From IMG/VR virus record IMGVR_UViG_3300043395_000557, positions 1 to 37,237 of that record: a stretch of 37,237 nucleotides of DNA; one strand, written 5' to 3'. The notes under the pieces were generated by a model. The model did not search any database and had not been told where the DNA came from. It worked only from the letters and a program-made list of their open reading frames with translations. Source of the DNA: a virus (Duplodnaviria > Caudoviricetes). Both the position numbers and the translations under genes were made by a program. Shown here piece by piece: positions 34,711-37,237 of the stretch (position 1 is its first letter; the number at the start of each line of letters is the position of its first letter).

Positions 34711-34975
34711 ATTTGTTGGAGGCAATGAATATGTCATCCAATACCTCAAACCCAGTGTCTTCAACTTCAAGACTAGCCAATAGCAAATCAAATGTTTCAT
34801 TGACAAACTTATCAGCCATCTCCGTGCTTTTTACGATGCCAGCAGATAACGCATAAGCCAAGGGTAGACCCAAATCATTGTATTCGATAAAGTCTTCAAA
34901 GTCTCCATCAAACCTATAGTTCATCCATAGTTCAGCGAGTATGTCTTGCTTATTCTCTTGTGTAGTCGTATTCAT
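34709..34975 (-). CDS. acidic hypothetical protein
   Basis: 88 aa; ILAELW..FEDFIEYNDLGLPLAY. Confidence 0.8.
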   Translation of the reverse strand: MNTTTQENKQDILAELWMNYRFDGDFEDFIEYNDLGLPLAYALSAGIVKSTEMADKFVNETFDLLLASLEVEDTGFEVLDDIFIASNK

Positions 34976-35153
34976 TTGACTTCTCTTCTCTTTCGTGTTT
35001 CATTGCTTCCATTATTGTTAGTATTCTTCGGTAGGATACATTTGGTAAATACCACGCCAAATAACGCCCAACCAATTCTAGGTCAAGTCGTAAGTCACTT
35101 ACATAATCACCAATAATCTTAGCAAGTTTTTCTTCATTGCTTCTATTTCTCAC
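34950..35153 (-). CDS. hypothetical protein
   Basis: 67 aa, GTG start; promoter TTGTAT-N17-TATAAT at 35205-35177. Confidence 0.7.
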   Translation of the reverse strand: MRNRSNEEKLAKIIGDYVSDLRLDLELVGRYLAWYLPNVSYRRILTIMEAMKHEREEKSNEYDYTRE

Positions 35154-35256
35154 TCTACTCTATTCTCTTATGTTCTATTATACCAAAATGTAGTGGGGGA
35201 TACAAGTAGTAATTACTCATACCCCCCACAAATTGGCGGACTCGGAAACCCCTAAC

Positions 35257-35670
35257 CTATCCGCCGTTAGTAGGGAGTAGTCTCAACCCACTAAGTTTCT
35301 CCACAGTATCGATATCATATATGTCATCGTATTGGCTTACGTCAACCAGGGAAGGGTCCCCTAGTGAATCGATGAAATCATTGATAGATTTACTAATCTC
35401 TAGTGCATAGAACTCGTCAGCAAAATCAAACCAGTCTGTACCGTATTCAATCTCGCTCCTGAATGCACGGATTTTAGTAGTCTCTATAGGGGTGCATGTG
35501 TATATGATTCCTGTATATACTTTGCGTACTTCATCTAATACCCCACCGTCTCCAGTGCGGATATAGATAGCAGGATTAATAGACAATACGTCATCCCATG
35601 TAGTTTCTTCAGTTTCAACGTTATAATCTTCTTTAAACCAAACGTTTAGGTCCCATAATATTTCTGTCAT
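35257..35670 (-). CDS. acidic hypothetical protein
   Basis: 137 aa; AAGGA RBS. Confidence 0.75.
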   Translation of the reverse strand: MTEILWDLNVWFKEDYNVETEETTWDDVLSINPAIYIRTGDGGVLDEVRKVYTGIIYTCTPIETTKIRAFRSEIEYGTDWFDFADEFYALEISKSINDFIDSLGDPSLVDVSQYDDIYDIDTVEKLSGLRLLPTNGG

Positions 35671-35822
35671 ACAATCCTTTGCATTAATTCTTCTAGGGTT
35701 TCAATGTTATACCCAGTATACTTCATCTCGTCCGCAATGTCAAGAACCATTTTAATGGCACTAGCCCAGGCTTCTTCATACCCTGCGTCATAGTCAGGAT
35801 TGTTATTAAACTTATTTTCCAT
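35667..35822 (-). CDS. hypothetical protein (51 aa)
   Basis: MENKFNNNPDYDAGYEEAW...; coupled at both ends. Confidence 0.65.
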   Translation of the reverse strand: MENKFNNNPDYDAGYEEAWASAIKMVLDIADEMKYTGYNIETLEELMQRIV

Positions 35823-36196
35823 TAGTCTTTCCAATCTGTGTAAGTGCCTTCACCGTAACATAGGTCGCAGTCTTGGTCTGGCTCTGTCTCTTCATCATCT
35901 GGATTGTAACACGAGCATACGACATACTCGCATATGGTAATACATACGTCATCGTTTTCCTGCCACGGTATTTCAGTAATGTAGTATTGAATACGATTTA
36001 CATAGTGATAACCATTAACAAGATATACACCGTTATCGCCATCCATTTCAGTCCAGATAGTGTTAGGCTCCTGTGAAGTTACAAAGGCAAGTTCATCGCC
36101 ATATGTTTCAAAAGAACAACATTCACCAGTTATATGATTAGGGATAGGCTTATACTTTGCTTCCCATTCGCTATAGGTTATCTCACTCATATTCAT
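35822..36196 (-). CDS. acidic hypothetical protein with C-terminal Cys cluster
   Basis: FETYGDEL..IWT..GYHYVNRIQYYITEIPW; alternative start 36190. Confidence 0.8.
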   Translation of the reverse strand: MNMSEITYSEWEAKYKPIPNHITGECCSFETYGDELAFVTSQEPNTIWTEMDGDNGVYLVNGYHYVNRIQYYITEIPWQENDDVCITICEYVVCSCYNPDDEETEPDQDCDLCYGEGTYTDWKD

Positions 36197-36356
36197 CCTT
36201 ATACATACTAAGATAGATTATTGCTTGGTCTGCTTCCCATTCATCGTGGGTAGCACAGTATTCTTGATTACCTTCACAGATATCACAGAAAGGTGTACAG
36301 TCAAAACTACCGTGATGTTTAGGGCAGACTACTTTTTCGCAGTCGCATTCGCTCAT
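36183..36356 (-). CDS. 57-aa Cys/His-rich protein
   Basis: MSECDCEKVVCPKHHGSFDCTPFCDICEG..YC..H. Confidence 0.7.
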   Translation of the reverse strand: MSECDCEKVVCPKHHGSFDCTPFCDICEGNQEYCATHDEWEADQAIIYLSMYKDEYE

Positions 36357-36387
36357 AGGGGTACTTTCTATTGGGGGTTACATATCT

Positions 36388-36416
36388 ATTATACAGGAAA
36401 GACTATGCCTTGTCAA
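36388..36416 (-). promoter_or_regulatory. perfect consensus promoter
   Basis: TTGACA-N17-TATAAT. Confidence 0.85.
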
Positions 36417-36621
36417 GGTCTTCTCTAGCAAAGATTAGGTCGTATATTAGTTTATATACATCAGCATAACCGTCTAATCTACCCTGCCAATATTGGGCGA
36501 AGTCTTCATCAGAGGCTTCTACCTTTTCATCTGCATAGAGCATTAGATTTTTTAGTTCACCATGTACTAGGTCATGGATAGGGATAGACGTATCTGCAAT
36601 TGCTTTAGGATTTATATTCAT
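36403..36621 (-). CDS. hypothetical protein
   Basis: 72 aa; YWQGRLDG; ATGA overlap with upstream gene. Confidence 0.7.
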   Translation of the reverse strand: MNINPKAIADTSIPIHDLVHGELKNLMLYADEKVEASDEDFAQYWQGRLDGYADVYKLIYDLIFAREDLDKA

Positions 36622-36848
36622 CTAAAGATACTCCAACCACCGAAGTCTCCTAAGTCTACTACATATCGCTGCACGGCAGACCATGCACTCTCACCTTTGA
36701 AATACTTAGTAGTCTTTTTAGACTTTACTCGGTAGTAGTCTCGGAAGTTTGAGGCTTCGTAAACTGTGGCGGTATCGGAATGATACAATTCATCCCAATA
36801 GGCTACGTCTGATACTCTTGTTGTTTTCTCTACATACACTTTACTCAT
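36618..36848 (-). CDS. hypothetical protein, leaderless
   Basis: MSKVYVEK...; ATG 7 nt after TATAAT. Confidence 0.7.
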   Translation of the reverse strand: MSKVYVEKTTRVSDVAYWDELYHSDTATVYEASNFRDYYRVKSKKTTKYFKGESAWSAVQRYVVDLGDFGGWSIFR

Positions 36849-36854
36849 ACCCCT

Positions 36855-36883
36855 ATTATACACCTACCCTCCGACATTGTAAA
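36855..36883 (-). promoter_or_regulatory. minus-strand box promoter with TTTACA -35
   Basis: TTTACAATGTCGGAGGGTAGGTGTATAAT. Confidence 0.8.
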
Positions 36884-36959
36884 GGGGCAATTTTTGCTAT
36901 GTAAAATAGGCTTATTTGTTATGGAGGCATAGGGGCAAGGCTGTCAGGATAATCATTGT

Positions 36960-37237
36960 TTGGCAGGGTATTACGAACCCCAAAATATTTCTCCCAGTTT
37001 TCCAGGGTATTACGAACACCACCTGATTCCCCATATAAATAAATACCCTATAGGTATTACGAACACCAAATATTTTTTCCCAAATATTGTATATTTATTT
37101 TATTTTTTATATAAAAAAGATTACGAACGTATAACTTTTTCCCCAAAATTGGAATATTTTGATATGTTTTATTTGGGGATTTGGGGATATAACGATTTGG
37201 TTAATTTGGGGATTTGGGGGTTGACATTACGAACGCC
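36960..37237 (+). repeat. non-coding region with five ATTACGAA repeats and TTTGGGG repeats
   Basis: ATTACGAA at 36970, 37009, 37056, 37120, 37226; ATTTGGGGATTTGGGG twice. Confidence 0.8.

Noticed and set aside
1-37237. tRNA or rRNA genes
   Set aside because: No cloverleaf with T-loop and acceptor stem recognised by eye; tRNAscan-SE or ARAGORN would confirm

Overview
37 kb fragment of a tailed dsDNA phage genome. An actinobacterial host is inferred from many leaderless genes and DUF2746-like and GP88-like proteins. Left part (1-21.1 kb, mostly minus strand): morphogenesis module with portal, prohead protease/scaffold, major capsid, head-tail adaptor, tail-fibre and collagen-like proteins, plus a class II ribonucleotide reductase, two tandem GT2 glycosyltransferases and an opposite-strand NlpC/P60 lipoprotein. 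Right part (21.7-34.3 kb, plus strand): an array of about 40 mostly tiny ORFs built from repeated expression units. A unit typically has an AATGTCGGTGG box fixed 18 nt upstream of a TAnnnT -10 (24 plus-strand copies and 2 minus-strand copies), 1-4 ORFs, a terminator-like hairpin, an A/T-flanked GCGC site and often an RTAAC-N6-RTAAC direct repeat. By eye, 22 of the 23 GCGC tetramers in the window lie at these junctions, in DNA that otherwise avoids 4-bp palindromes. The array also holds two recurrent structured-RNA candidates (a UGAGC/CAAAUAA internal-loop module x4 and a 3'-UTR H-type pseudoknot x3 with covariation), an anti-Shine-Dalgarno-like loop hairpin (a second lies in the left part) and an inverted DnaA-box pair. 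A converging minus-strand block (34.5-36.9 kb) is flanked by ATTACGAA repeats. All counts are by eye and need computational confirmation.
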